From UHGV virus genome UHGV-1882326: a stretch of 64,000 nucleotides of DNA. One strand, given 5' to 3'. The first letter of the stretch is position 1, and each line of letters starts with the position of its first letter. A program made the translations under genes and the position numbers. Shown piece by piece: positions 7,933 to 17,354 of the stretch. Below the pieces are notes generated by a model. It was given only the letters and a program-made list of their open reading frames with translations. It was not told the DNA's origin and ran no database searches. The DNA comes from a virus.

Positions 7933-8368
7933 AAAAAGACCTTTGAATTTTGATAGTGCTGATGAATATTTAAGTTATAAACGTAGACTATTAGATGAAA
8001 AAGATGAAGAAGAGCAAAAAAAGAATCCGACTTTTAATGTTTATTCTTTTTATTTTAGTTATCTTGATAGTGAAACCAATCGTAGGCGAGTGGCAAAACC
8101 TATTAATATTGCCGCTGAAACTCAATATGAAGCAGAACAGATATTTGAAATTTGGGCTGAATTTCACAGTATAAAAAACGTAAGTTTTAGAAATATCACA
8201 GAAGTATTTTGGGTGACACGTAGTTCTGATACAGCAAGTCAGAATATTAATTTTGCTTACGATTATAGTAAAAAAGAAATCACAGAGGTTTATCAAGATG
8301 ATTACTTAGAATGGTACTGGAATCATGTAGACACTTGGAATACGGAAGGAGATAAATTTGGCAGGTAG
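7907..8368 (+). CDS. hypothetical protein (153 aa; start uncertain)
   Basis: ORF overlapping the end of the sigma gene. Confidence 0.3.
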   Translation: MELIILKTKKRPLNFDSADEYLSYKRRLLDEKDEEEQKKNPTFNVYSFYFSYLDSETNRRRVAKPINIAAETQYEAEQIFEIWAEFHSIKNVSFRNITEVFWVTRSSDTASQNINFAYDYSKKEITEVYQDDYLEWYWNHVDTWNTEGDKFGR

Positions 8369-8933
8369 AGCATTAATGGCTAGGCGTAGAGCAAATAAAA
8401 AACGCAGTGAAACAATGAAGAAGAATAGGAAATATACAGTAGACGTTAATAGACGTATTGTACTCTTTTCTACTTATTTATATCCTAACTTTTTATGTTT
8501 TGTTTTAAAGTCAAAGAAGTATGATGATACACATTTACTGTTAAAAGTGGCAACACTTAACTCAGATTATAGTGTTAAACTTGATGAAGAAGTAAAAGAT
8601 TTAATTGTGGAAACAGAAAAAATAAAAGTTCTCTGGCAAGGTGAAGCTAAATTAGCAAGGGAAAAATTAGACAAGATATTTAGATATGTTGAAGATATAA
8701 CTTATAAAGAAAAGGCAGAAGCTAGACGAAAAATGATGAAACGTCTGAATAATTTATACTGCCCTAAGTGCGGCAAACGTAGAGTGTCTATTACTTATCC
8801 AATGTATAATAATGCTTATCTTCATTGCAAGATTTGTGATTATGATATTACTAGGATATTTATTGCAGAAATTCCTTTAATTAGAGAATTTCTTGAAAGA
8901 AATAAAGATAAGAAAGATAAAAAATGTTTTTAA
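8358..8933 (+). CDS. hypothetical protein with C-terminal Zn-ribbon (CPKCG...CKICDYD)
   Basis: TTG start with RBS AAGGAGATAAA. CxxC...CxxC pair. Confidence 0.35.
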   Translation: MAGRALMARRRANKKRSETMKKNRKYTVDVNRRIVLFSTYLYPNFLCFVLKSKKYDDTHLLLKVATLNSDYSVKLDEEVKDLIVETEKIKVLWQGEAKLAREKLDKIFRYVEDITYKEKAEARRKMMKRLNNLYCPKCGKRRVSITYPMYNNAYLHCKICDYDITRIFIAEIPLIREFLERNKDKKDKKCF

Positions 8934-9034
8934 CAAAAATGTAATACTTTTTATAAGAAAATGTAGCATAGGTATTGACAAAAATCAGTATCTATGCTAT
9001 TATTTATGTATAAAAACAAAGGAGAATAAAAGTT

Positions 9035-9838
9035 ATGACAAATATTACAAGATTTTTAAATGGTTTAAAGAGTGAACATACAAAGGTAGCATACGAGAAT
9101 GATTTAAAACAGTTCTTTGATTTTACTGGTAAAGACGAAACTGAAATCACTTATGCTGATATTTACGATTACAAAGTGTCTATGAGTGAGTACAGCAGTG
9201 CTACAACAGCACGTAAACTGACAGCTATTAAATCCTATTTCAATTTTCTTTCTGACATGGAATTTATTTCTACTAATCCTTCTGCTAAAATCAAAATTCC
9301 AAAAGTAAAGAATCACGAAAAAGAATATATCCCTATGGACGAAGCAAAGAAATTATTAGGCGTTGCTAAATCCCCTAGAGATAAAGCTATCATTGCATTA
9401 TACCTTTCAACTGGTATGCGAGTTAATGAACTGGTAAATTTAACTGTAGAGCAGTATGAGAAAGATGAAATCGTATTCGTTGCTAAAGGTGACAAGGAAA
9501 GAAAAGTATATCTTAATGATAAATGCAGAGGATATATTGACGAATACTTAAAGGTTCGTAAAGATAGTGGTATTGATAATCTGTTTGTAAGCAATTATGG
9601 CACTCCTATGCGACATGATTTAATTGCTAAAATGTTAAAGAAAAATGCTAAAAAAGCAGGGATAAGTGAGGATATAACTAATCATAGTTTACGCCATTCG
9701 TTCATATCGGCTGTAACTTTAACAAGTGGTGTTGCTGTAGCAAGAGAGGTTGTGGGGCATGTAAATCTTTCTACGACCCAGAGATATGTGCATAATACTG
9801 AGGAAACTATTAAAAATGCCATGGTATCTGTTTTTTAA
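9035..9838 (+). CDS. tyrosine site-specific recombinase, XerC/XerD-like (267 aa)
   Basis: N-terminal core-binding-like FLNGLKSEHTKVAYENDLKQFFDF. Catalytic box HSLRHSFISAV (HxxR) and GHVNLSTTQRYVH (catalytic Tyr). Consensus promoter TTGACA at 8976 and RBS AAAGGAGAATAAAAG. Confidence 0.75.
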   Translation: MTNITRFLNGLKSEHTKVAYENDLKQFFDFTGKDETEITYADIYDYKVSMSEYSSATTARKLTAIKSYFNFLSDMEFISTNPSAKIKIPKVKNHEKEYIPMDEAKKLLGVAKSPRDKAIIALYLSTGMRVNELVNLTVEQYEKDEIVFVAKGDKERKVYLNDKCRGYIDEYLKVRKDSGIDNLFVSNYGTPMRHDLIAKMLKKNAKKAGISEDITNHSLRHSFISAVTLTSGVAVAREVVGHVNLSTTQRYVHNTEETIKNAMVSVF

Positions 9839-10096
9839 GAGGTGAATATGACACGAGATTATGAAAAATTATTAAGAGCAAAAATGCTTTTAGTTAAAGT
9901 ACAAAACATTGTTTTCTTTTTTTCTGATGAGATAATTTCACCAGAAGAAAAGAAAACTTTGATTAAAAGCATAGAAAATTTAATTCAATTTTTGGAACTA
10001 AAATGTGATAAGTTTGGTGAAAGTAGGTGAACCTATATATGGAAGTTTATGAATTGTGGTATGAGTTAGTAAAAAAGAGATAAAGGAGTTTGAATA

Positions 10097-10558
10097 TTGA
10101 AGTCAATAATTTATAAGATGAAACTACTTGTAGCCGTTTTAACCATGTGCTACTTGTTTGTAACTACGTCATTTGCAGACGAAATGACTAAATTGAATCC
10201 GTATGACGAAATTGAAATTTCAGAAGAAGATATAGACCTAATGAGCCGCTTGGTCTACTGTGAATCAAGAGGCGAAAGCACTGAGGGCCAACGTGCAGTA
10301 GCAGAAGTGGTATTAAATCGTTGCCTTAGTAGTGATTTTCCAGATAACGTGAATGATGTTATTTATCAGAGAAAACAGTTTTCTACAGCTAAAATGTTAA
10401 GTAAGACAACGCCTAATGAAGAAAATATTGAAGCTGTAAGATATGTTTTAGAAAATGGAAATACATCACTATCAACAACTGAATATGTTTATTTTTCTAC
10501 GGGTAAATCTAATGGTCACGGGTTTACTAAGTTAGGTAATCATTGGTTTTCTAAGTGA
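10097..10558 (+). CDS. secreted cell-wall hydrolase, SleB-like (spore-cortex-lytic enzyme / Hydrolase_2 domain)
   Basis: N-terminal signal peptide MKLLVAVLTMCYLFVTTSFA. Domain LVYCESRGESTEGQRAVAEVVLNRCLSSDFPDNVNDVIYQRKQFS is characteristic of SleB/CwlJ. TTG start after RBS AAAGGAG. Confidence 0.6.
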   Translation: MKSIIYKMKLLVAVLTMCYLFVTTSFADEMTKLNPYDEIEISEEDIDLMSRLVYCESRGESTEGQRAVAEVVLNRCLSSDFPDNVNDVIYQRKQFSTAKMLSKTTPNEENIEAVRYVLENGNTSLSTTEYVYFSTGKSNGHGFTKLGNHWFSK

Positions 10559-10565
10559 GGACAAT

Positions 10566-10814
10566 ATGGAAAGAATATATTATAGAGTAAAATTTAACAG
10601 TAAAGATGATTTGTTTCAGTTTAATAAGTGGGCTGATAGTTGCAATTATAATATTGATATTAGGTACAACAGTAAAGTTTTAAATGGTAAATCCTTAATT
10701 GGTCTTATGGGAACGGATATTTCTAATCCTATTATTGTTATTTTGTATACCGATAATGCTAATGATTTTGTTGAGAAATTTAGTAATATTATCCTTGACA
10801 AAATTGTAATGTAG
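10566..10814 (+). CDS. hypothetical protein (82 aa)
   Basis: ORF, 8 nt after previous stop. Confidence 0.3.
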   Translation: MERIYYRVKFNSKDDLFQFNKWADSCNYNIDIRYNSKVLNGKSLIGLMGTDISNPIIVILYTDNANDFVEKFSNIILDKIVM

Positions 10815-11131
10815 TGGTATTATTACTATATAAATCAATAGGAAAGGAGAAAATCAATTTGCCAAGAACCAGTAAAAAGCAGAAAGTAATCAATCAAATT
10901 ACAGAAAACTTAAAGCAAAAAGAAAAAGAAATTGCTATCAATGCGGCTATGGGTGGTTATTATTCTGCAATTAAAATTGTACAAGACATGATTACAAAAG
11001 GTAAAACCATTGCAGACCTTAGTACATTCTGTGCCGCTGAGTTGTCAAGAAAAGAAATAGTAGAACAGGGAACTAAAAGTAATTATTTAAAATCAAATAA
11101 AGAAATCAAAGGAGGAAAGATAAGTAACTAA
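10814..11131 (+). CDS. hypothetical protein (105 aa; true start possibly TTG at 10858)
   Basis: ORF; RBS GGAAAGGAGAAAATCAATTG. Confidence 0.3.
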   Translation: MVLLLYKSIGKEKINLPRTSKKQKVINQITENLKQKEKEIAINAAMGGYYSAIKIVQDMITKGKTIADLSTFCAAELSRKEIVEQGTKSNYLKSNKEIKGGKISN

Positions 11132-11576
11132 AAATACAATTAAATGTGAACAAATAGGTTCAAATATACTCAAAATCCAGAGTATTCGTTTGTGCTAACG
11201 TCAAAGCAGTCGGAAACGTCGAGAAGTAACCAGTGCAAGTTGGAACAGCCTTGCTAATTATAGGATAGAACCTTGATGGTGGCGTTTGGACAATGGTAGA
11301 AGTCTACGAAAACCAAGTAGCAAAACATAAAATATTAAGAAAGGAAAAGCTACTTAGATGAAATCTGTATCTAATCAAATATAAGAATTTACAGATATGT
11401 ACCGATGGCTAAGTCGGGAATTAACGACTGTGGAGTGTACAAGAACCTGTGAGTAGCGTATTACTTGTAATCGCCAAAGCATACACAATGAAGCAGTAAC
11501 TATAAATCGTGAGATTATAGCAAATCATCTAGCATATGCACATTTGTATATGTTTTTAGTAGCAGATAACTAAACT

Positions 11577-12587
11577 ATGAAGAATGTAAGACAGACAACT
11601 AACACAGGACTTTTAATTGGTACTCTTTCTGAAAAGAATACAGAGATTAAGCAGATTGAATTAACAAAAGACGATAACACCAAGTTTAAGTGCAATGCTG
11701 TACAGGGAAATATTGTAGTTTCTACTGTAAACGGTGATTTTAATTTAAGAGTTAATTGTCCAGAGTGTAAGAAAGATGGTACAAAGACCAAGCTGTATGC
11801 AAATTTTGAAACACTTCATAACAGCTATGTATCTGCTGTAGAAGCCGCAAAAGATAAATCACTTACACCAAGTATTATTGGTGCTACCGTAGGACTTAGC
11901 TGTTGGGATAGATATAACCAGAATAGTGGTAAAATGGTATCTTCACCACAGATTAGATTAAGAGTTGTAAATAGAGAAAATTCAGATGCAGAATCTCAGA
12001 CAGATTTTTCACTTGAAGGTGTTATTCGTTCTATTAAACCAGAAACGACAATCCCTAAGAGCGATACAGAAGAAGCAGAAGAAACAGGTAGATTACTTGT
12101 AGAATTTATTACAATTAATTTTAACAGCGAAGCAGAGCCTTATAGTTTAATTGTTCCAGAAGATTTAGCAGAAGCATTTGTAAATGGTTGGACTGATGAT
12201 GATGGAACAGTAGTAAACGGTTATGCTGTAGGCGATACTTGCTGTTTAGGTGTTGAACTTGTTATGCGTCATGTAGGTGGCGAAAAGAAGAAATCTGCGG
12301 GATTTGGCAGAAAAGCAAAGGTAGCAGAGGGATTTGATGTATTAGAACTGGTTGTAATTGGTGGTGAGCCTGCTTATACAGATGATACCGAGGACGAAAA
12401 GAAAAAGCCTTTCACACCAGAAGTAATGAAAGAACTTATGAATGAGCGTAAGATGAAACTTGAAAAGATTGAAAAGGACGCAAAAGAAAATAAAGACAGT
12501 GGTTCTTCTCAGAAATCAAGTGGCAAAGGTCTTGGTGGACGTAAGCCAAATGTGAACATGGCTGATATGGGTGACGCTCCTTTCTAA
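11577..12587 (+). CDS. putative ssDNA-binding protein with CPEC zinc motif and SSB-like C-terminal tip (...MADMGDAPF)
   Basis: C-terminal acidic tip ending D-A-P-F resembles the conserved SSB-Ct (DDDIPF). N-terminal GLLIGTLSEKNTEI resembles an OB-fold start. Next to a Sak4-like ATPase. Confidence 0.4.
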   Translation: MKNVRQTTNTGLLIGTLSEKNTEIKQIELTKDDNTKFKCNAVQGNIVVSTVNGDFNLRVNCPECKKDGTKTKLYANFETLHNSYVSAVEAAKDKSLTPSIIGATVGLSCWDRYNQNSGKMVSSPQIRLRVVNRENSDAESQTDFSLEGVIRSIKPETTIPKSDTEEAEETGRLLVEFITINFNSEAEPYSLIVPEDLAEAFVNGWTDDDGTVVNGYAVGDTCCLGVELVMRHVGGEKKKSAGFGRKAKVAEGFDVLELVVIGGEPAYTDDTEDEKKKPFTPEVMKELMNERKMKLEKIEKDAKENKDSGSSQKSSGKGLGGRKPNVNMADMGDAPF

Positions 12588-12747
12588 AAAATAAGTAGTT
12601 ATGAGTTAGTATAAAGTGGTTACAAGCGGTTAGGATAGGTTAGATGATAAATTGGTAGTCTAAAAAATTCAAGCCGCTTGTACTAATTTGTCAAGTAAAA
12701 AAATGACAGGAATAAAACATAATGATTTCATATGGAGGAATTAAATA

Positions 12748-13782
12748 ATGGCAGACGAAAAGAAAAGAAACAACCCACTTTTAGACCTTGAAATTGAAGA
12801 AATGGTAGGAGGTTTAGCTGGTCAAAAAGCATTAGTTTATGGGTCAAATTCATTGGGGAAGAGCTACCAAGCAATGCATTGTGAAAGACCTTTACTTTTA
12901 ATGACTGAGAGTGGTGGTAATGGTCTTAAAGGATATAAAATGCCTATCAACTCTTGGGCTGAGTTTGTAACCAATGTTGGTTATCTTACAGCACCACAGA
13001 CTAGCGAAGCTATGCACAAAAAGTTTTTTACTATTGTTATTGATACTACAGAAAATCTTGTTGACCTTTGTGAACAGTCTGTATGCAAAGAGTTTGGTGT
13101 AAGAGATTTAAGTGAAATTGAAGGAAAATCTAACGGTTATAAGATTGCTAGACGTAAGTTTGCGGCTCAGATTAATAAACTTACATCACAAGGATATTTT
13201 ATTATTTTCATTGCTCACGAAGAAGTTGACGAGAATCACGTTGATGAATTAACAGGTGAAACTACAACTTTTGTTCAACCTAAAGGTTCTGGAAATGTTA
13301 AATCTTCTATGCGTATGATTAGAGATATTTGTGATTTTACAATTTATCTTAAATCAAATGGTATTGACCCAGAAACAAATGAAACAATTATGTCTACTGG
13401 TATTTGTAAGCAAACTTCTCATGTATTTGCTAGAAGTAGATATGCTATGCAAGCATTTATCGACCCATTTACTGCAAAGAATATGTGCGATGCAATGGAA
13501 AAAGCTATTAAGAAATCTGCTGAGAATGAAAATGTAGGTCTTACTACATTTAAGCCTTATGAAAACGTAACAACTAAAGAGGAATGGTTAGCTTTAATTC
13601 AGCCATATGTACAGAAACTTTGGAAAACTTATCCAGAGTATATTAATCAAGTTGTTGCCGACCAGTTAGGTAAAGGTAGGAAGATTAGTTCTGCTACAGA
13701 TGATGAACTTGCTTGTCTTGAAAGTATTTATAATAATTTTGTGGACTTCTGCTGTGACAGAGGAATTGTTGTAGAGGTATAA
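12748..13782 (+). CDS. RecA-fold ATPase, Sak4-like / AAA_24-type phage recombination-replication ATPase
   Basis: Walker A GSNSLGKS. Walker B-like YFIIFIAHEEVDE. Size about 340 aa typical of phage Sak4/AAA_24. Confidence 0.5.
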   Translation: MADEKKRNNPLLDLEIEEMVGGLAGQKALVYGSNSLGKSYQAMHCERPLLLMTESGGNGLKGYKMPINSWAEFVTNVGYLTAPQTSEAMHKKFFTIVIDTTENLVDLCEQSVCKEFGVRDLSEIEGKSNGYKIARRKFAAQINKLTSQGYFIIFIAHEEVDENHVDELTGETTTFVQPKGSGNVKSSMRMIRDICDFTIYLKSNGIDPETNETIMSTGICKQTSHVFARSRYAMQAFIDPFTAKNMCDAMEKAIKKSAENENVGLTTFKPYENVTTKEEWLALIQPYVQKLWKTYPEYINQVVADQLGKGRKISSATDDELACLESIYNNFVDFCCDRGIVVEV

Positions 13783-13784
13783 AA

Positions 13785-14096
13785 ATGCCGTTTCAACCTA
13801 AAAAGAAATCCAGATACAAGCAAGTAAAAATAAGTAGAGAAACTTTTATCAATCAGTATATAATGAGTATGAATACCGGGTTCAAATACATTGCTGTACT
13901 GATTAGGAATGATGAAGAAATAAAGCCGGACATTCATATTATTATGAACGAGAACCAAGAAGAACGATTTAAAAGTTATCTGGACGATTATGATAGCAGT
14001 TTAAGAGAGAAAAGAAACAAGGCTAATCGGATTGTCGGTATTACGGCTTTTGATGAATTTAACGAAAATATCATTTCTCCATCAATGTTAAGATAA
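13785..14096 (+). CDS. hypothetical protein (103 aa)
   Basis: ORF overlapping previous stop (TAAAAATG). Confidence 0.3.
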   Translation: MPFQPKKKSRYKQVKISRETFINQYIMSMNTGFKYIAVLIRNDEEIKPDIHIIMNENQEERFKSYLDDYDSSLREKRNKANRIVGITAFDEFNENIISPSMLR

Positions 14097-14206
14097 TAAA
14101 ATTTATAATGAAACTCTTTACTTTAATCGGTAAGGAGTTTCATTTTTTTATATTGACAAATCATATAATTTGTGATAGAATTTATATATATTGAAAGGGA
14201 AATAAT

Positions 14207-14857
14207 ATGGAAGAAAAAATTAAAAAAGGTGATACAAAAGTAAAATGTAGATACTGTAAAAATAGTATTTATAAGAGCAAAAGTTTTACAAGCCCAGATA
14301 AACCAAGAATGTATTATTGTAATGAAGAATGTTATAACAGCGCAATAAAAGAATTATCGGCAAAAAAGACAAACAGTAATAATGCTGATAAGACAGCTAC
14401 TTGCCGTTATTGTGGTAAAAAGATACAAAAAGATAAAGCTTTTATGACAAAGCAGGGCTACTATTATTGTTCGGAAAATGAATATAACAATAAATATGTT
14501 GGTAGTGAAGCATATTTTGAAGAAACATTTCTTGATTATATTTATTTCGATATGAGCAATAAACAATGTGATTTTCCTTTACTACAAAGGCAAGCACCAC
14601 TGATACATGATAAGTTTGGATATAAGTGGACTGGTATGATAATGACATTGAAATTCTTCCATGAAACTTTAAAACTAGACTGGAATAATGAATGGGGATT
14701 AGGACAAATTTTCCCAAAATATTATATACAAGCTAGAGATTTTTGGAATCAACAAAGAAAAATCAAAGATATTACAGATAAAATTGAAGAAGATGAAACA
14801 GTGTTTATTGAACGAAAGAAAAAAGAAACAAATATTCCTAAATGGGAGGAATTGTAA
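14207..14857 (+). CDS. zinc-finger protein (two CxYC...YYCxExxY repeats), possible replication initiation / helicase-loader factor
   Basis: KCRYCKNSIY...YYCNEECY and TCRYCGKKI...YYCSENEY tandem TRASH/MYM-like repeats. Promoter TTGACA at 14154. Immediately upstream of the helicase with TAAATG overlap. Confidence 0.3.
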   Translation: MEEKIKKGDTKVKCRYCKNSIYKSKSFTSPDKPRMYYCNEECYNSAIKELSAKKTNSNNADKTATCRYCGKKIQKDKAFMTKQGYYYCSENEYNNKYVGSEAYFEETFLDYIYFDMSNKQCDFPLLQRQAPLIHDKFGYKWTGMIMTLKFFHETLKLDWNNEWGLGQIFPKYYIQARDFWNQQRKIKDITDKIEEDETVFIERKKKETNIPKWEEL

Positions 14858-16363
14858 ATGCTTTATTCAGCGTCAGATGCTTCAATGTGTTTGGGGGTAT
14901 TATTACAGAATCCCTCTTTAACAATCAGTAAGAAGTTTCCTATTAATTCAGATGATTTTAAACCCATTTTATTCCATGAGATTTTATATAAATCTATATC
15001 ATGGTTGTTTAAAAATGGTGCAGAACAAATAGACGAAATTGTTTTAGATAAGTTTTTACAGAATTATCCAGAACAGTTAGAAGTTTGTACAGATAATAAT
15101 TATCTTGAATTTATAACAACTATTAAGAAATTGGTTAATGTAGATAATTATGAACTGCATTATAATATTATTAGAAAATATAGTTTGCTTAGAAAAGCTA
15201 AAGAATTAGGTATTGACATTACAGAGTTTTATGACGAAACTAAACCAGAAGAAACAGAAGTAGAAAAGTTCAATCGTTTTTCTATGCAAGAAATTCTTAA
15301 TAAGATTGAGGGTAAAATGACCACTCTTAGAATGGAATTTAATACAGAATTATGCAGAGAAACGTTAAGAGCAGGTGATAAATGGGAAGATACTTTAAAC
15401 GGTTTTGAAAGTGAACCTGTTATTGGTGCTATACTTCAAAGTAAATATTTAACTACTTTATACAGAGGTTGGCAAAGAGGACATTTATTATTAAGGTCTG
15501 GTTCATCTGGACAAGGAAAGACAACAACTTCCATTGGTGATTTATGTAATGTATGTGCTAATCGTTATTGGGATTTTGATGAAGAAAAATATGTTGATAA
15601 TCCTTATAAATCTGGTGATGGATTTATGATTAATACAGAAATGGATTTATCAACTGAAATTCAACCTAAGTTTATCTCATGGATAAGTGGTGTTCCATAT
15701 CATAAAATCCTTGACGGAAAATATAACAAATTTGAAAAAGAACGTTTGATTGAAGCAGGAAAAATTCTTTATGAAAGTCATATTGAATTATTTGACCAAC
15801 CAGATTTTACGGCTACAAAGTTAAAAGAAATATATCGTCAATGCCATTTATGGGGAGCGAGTTATTGCTTTTTCGATTACATTTGGGATAATTCAGAGTT
15901 TGGAACTGAATATAAACAAATGACAAGTATTCCTATCCGAGAAGATAAAGTTCTTTTCCAGATTACAACCACGCTTAAAAGTTTATCTGAGGAATTTAAT
16001 ATAGGTACTTGTACAGGTAGTCAGTTAAATGGTAATGAACAAGTCAATGAACTTTTAGATGAAAGATGTATTTATGGTTCTAAACAGATTAAAACTAAAC
16101 TAGATGATGGTGCTATATTATCTTATCTTAGACCTAAAGAATTGGAACTTGTAGATACATTAATCAATCGGAAGGGGTTCGGAAGTAAAAAAAGACCTAC
16201 TCATATTCTTCATAATTTTAAAACAAGATTTTCACGTTATGGACAGAATATTAAAGCATGGGTTAATGTAGATATGGGAACTGGCAGAATAAGTGATTGC
16301 TTTTGTACAGACCAATATAATCAGCCGATTAATGTGGATAAGACAGATATAAAACTAGGATAG
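14858..16363 (+). CDS. dnaB: replicative DNA helicase, DnaB-like
   Basis: N-terminal DnaB-N-like domain. Walker A LLRSGSSGQGKTTTS. RecA-like C-terminal domain. 501 aa. Confidence 0.7.
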   Translation: MLYSASDASMCLGVLLQNPSLTISKKFPINSDDFKPILFHEILYKSISWLFKNGAEQIDEIVLDKFLQNYPEQLEVCTDNNYLEFITTIKKLVNVDNYELHYNIIRKYSLLRKAKELGIDITEFYDETKPEETEVEKFNRFSMQEILNKIEGKMTTLRMEFNTELCRETLRAGDKWEDTLNGFESEPVIGAILQSKYLTTLYRGWQRGHLLLRSGSSGQGKTTTSIGDLCNVCANRYWDFDEEKYVDNPYKSGDGFMINTEMDLSTEIQPKFISWISGVPYHKILDGKYNKFEKERLIEAGKILYESHIELFDQPDFTATKLKEIYRQCHLWGASYCFFDYIWDNSEFGTEYKQMTSIPIREDKVLFQITTTLKSLSEEFNIGTCTGSQLNGNEQVNELLDERCIYGSKQIKTKLDDGAILSYLRPKELELVDTLINRKGFGSKKRPTHILHNFKTRFSRYGQNIKAWVNVDMGTGRISDCFCTDQYNQPINVDKTDIKLG

Positions 16364-16504
16364 GGGTTAGTAACATATGGTAACAGACGTTCTAAGACTT
16401 GTAGGCATACAGGTTATCAAGCTGAATCTGAAAGCAGTCCGTAGTTGGATTTGTTTTTTAGAAAAAATATATAGTAAGATTAAATAAACAAGGAGGTTTT
16501 ACAA

Positions 16505-17017
16505 ATGGCAGTAACAGGAACTTTAAGGGAAATCACAGGTGATATGTTACAGTTAATGATTATGCTTGAAGATGAACCAGATTCAGATGTATTAAAAGAT
16601 ACATTAGAAGGCTTGTCTGGGGAATTAGATACCAAAGCAGAAAATTATGTGTACGTCATCAAAGAGTATGAGGGTCAGATTGAGAATATCAAGAAAGAGA
16701 TTGATAGATTGACTGCAAGAAAGAAAACAGCAGAAAACGCTATCGAAAGACTTAAAAATGCATTATTATATGCTATGCAGACTACAAATATTAAAAAGTG
16801 TGGCGGTAATTTGTATACTATTTCAGTAAGAAATAATGCACCGCAGTTAGGACAATTAGACGAAAGCCGTATTCCAGAAAAGTATTTCAATGTAGTAACA
16901 GAAAAGAAACTGGACAAGAAAACTTTGTTAGCTGATGTAAAAGTCGCAGAAAAAGAAGGAAAACATATTGATGGTGTTGACGGTTTAAGAATTAGTCAGT
17001 CACTTTCAATTAAATAA
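16505..17017 (+). CDS. hypothetical coiled-coil protein (170 aa)
   Basis: RBS ACAAGGAGG. Confidence 0.35.
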   Translation: MAVTGTLREITGDMLQLMIMLEDEPDSDVLKDTLEGLSGELDTKAENYVYVIKEYEGQIENIKKEIDRLTARKKTAENAIERLKNALLYAMQTTNIKKCGGNLYTISVRNNAPQLGQLDESRIPEKYFNVVTEKKLDKKTLLADVKVAEKEGKHIDGVDGLRISQSLSIK

Positions 17018-17039
17018 TTTATATAAAGGAGAATAAAAA

Positions 17040-17336
17040 ATGATTCATGTAATTGACGGTTTTTATATTTTAGTAGACGCTTATCAGTATATCGCACAGG
17101 AAGATAGTGGTGCAAAATTATCATCTAAAGGTAAAGAATACATCAAATGGAATGTACTTGGTTATTATTCTTCTATTGATAAAGCTGTAGAAAGAATTAT
17201 CACAGAACTGATTAACAGAAGAACAAAAAAGAAAACTTATGAATTGGCTGATTATATTGCTGATTATAAAGCTGAAACGTTAAGATTAAAGAAACTGATT
17301 AAAGATTCAATGAAAGAAGTAAGCAAGGCAAAGTAA
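17040..17336 (+). CDS. hypothetical protein (98 aa)
   Basis: RBS AAAGGAGAATAAAAAATG. Confidence 0.35.
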   Translation: MIHVIDGFYILVDAYQYIAQEDSGAKLSSKGKEYIKWNVLGYYSSIDKAVERIITELINRRTKKKTYELADYIADYKAETLRLKKLIKDSMKEVSKAK

Positions 17337-17354
17337 AGACGAAGGCGGTCAAAC

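Noticed and set aside
9035-9838. Classical phage integrase with identifiable attP
   Set aside because: The protein is short and XerD-like, without an arm-binding N-domain. No tRNA-like or repeat-flanked attachment site was recognisable nearby.
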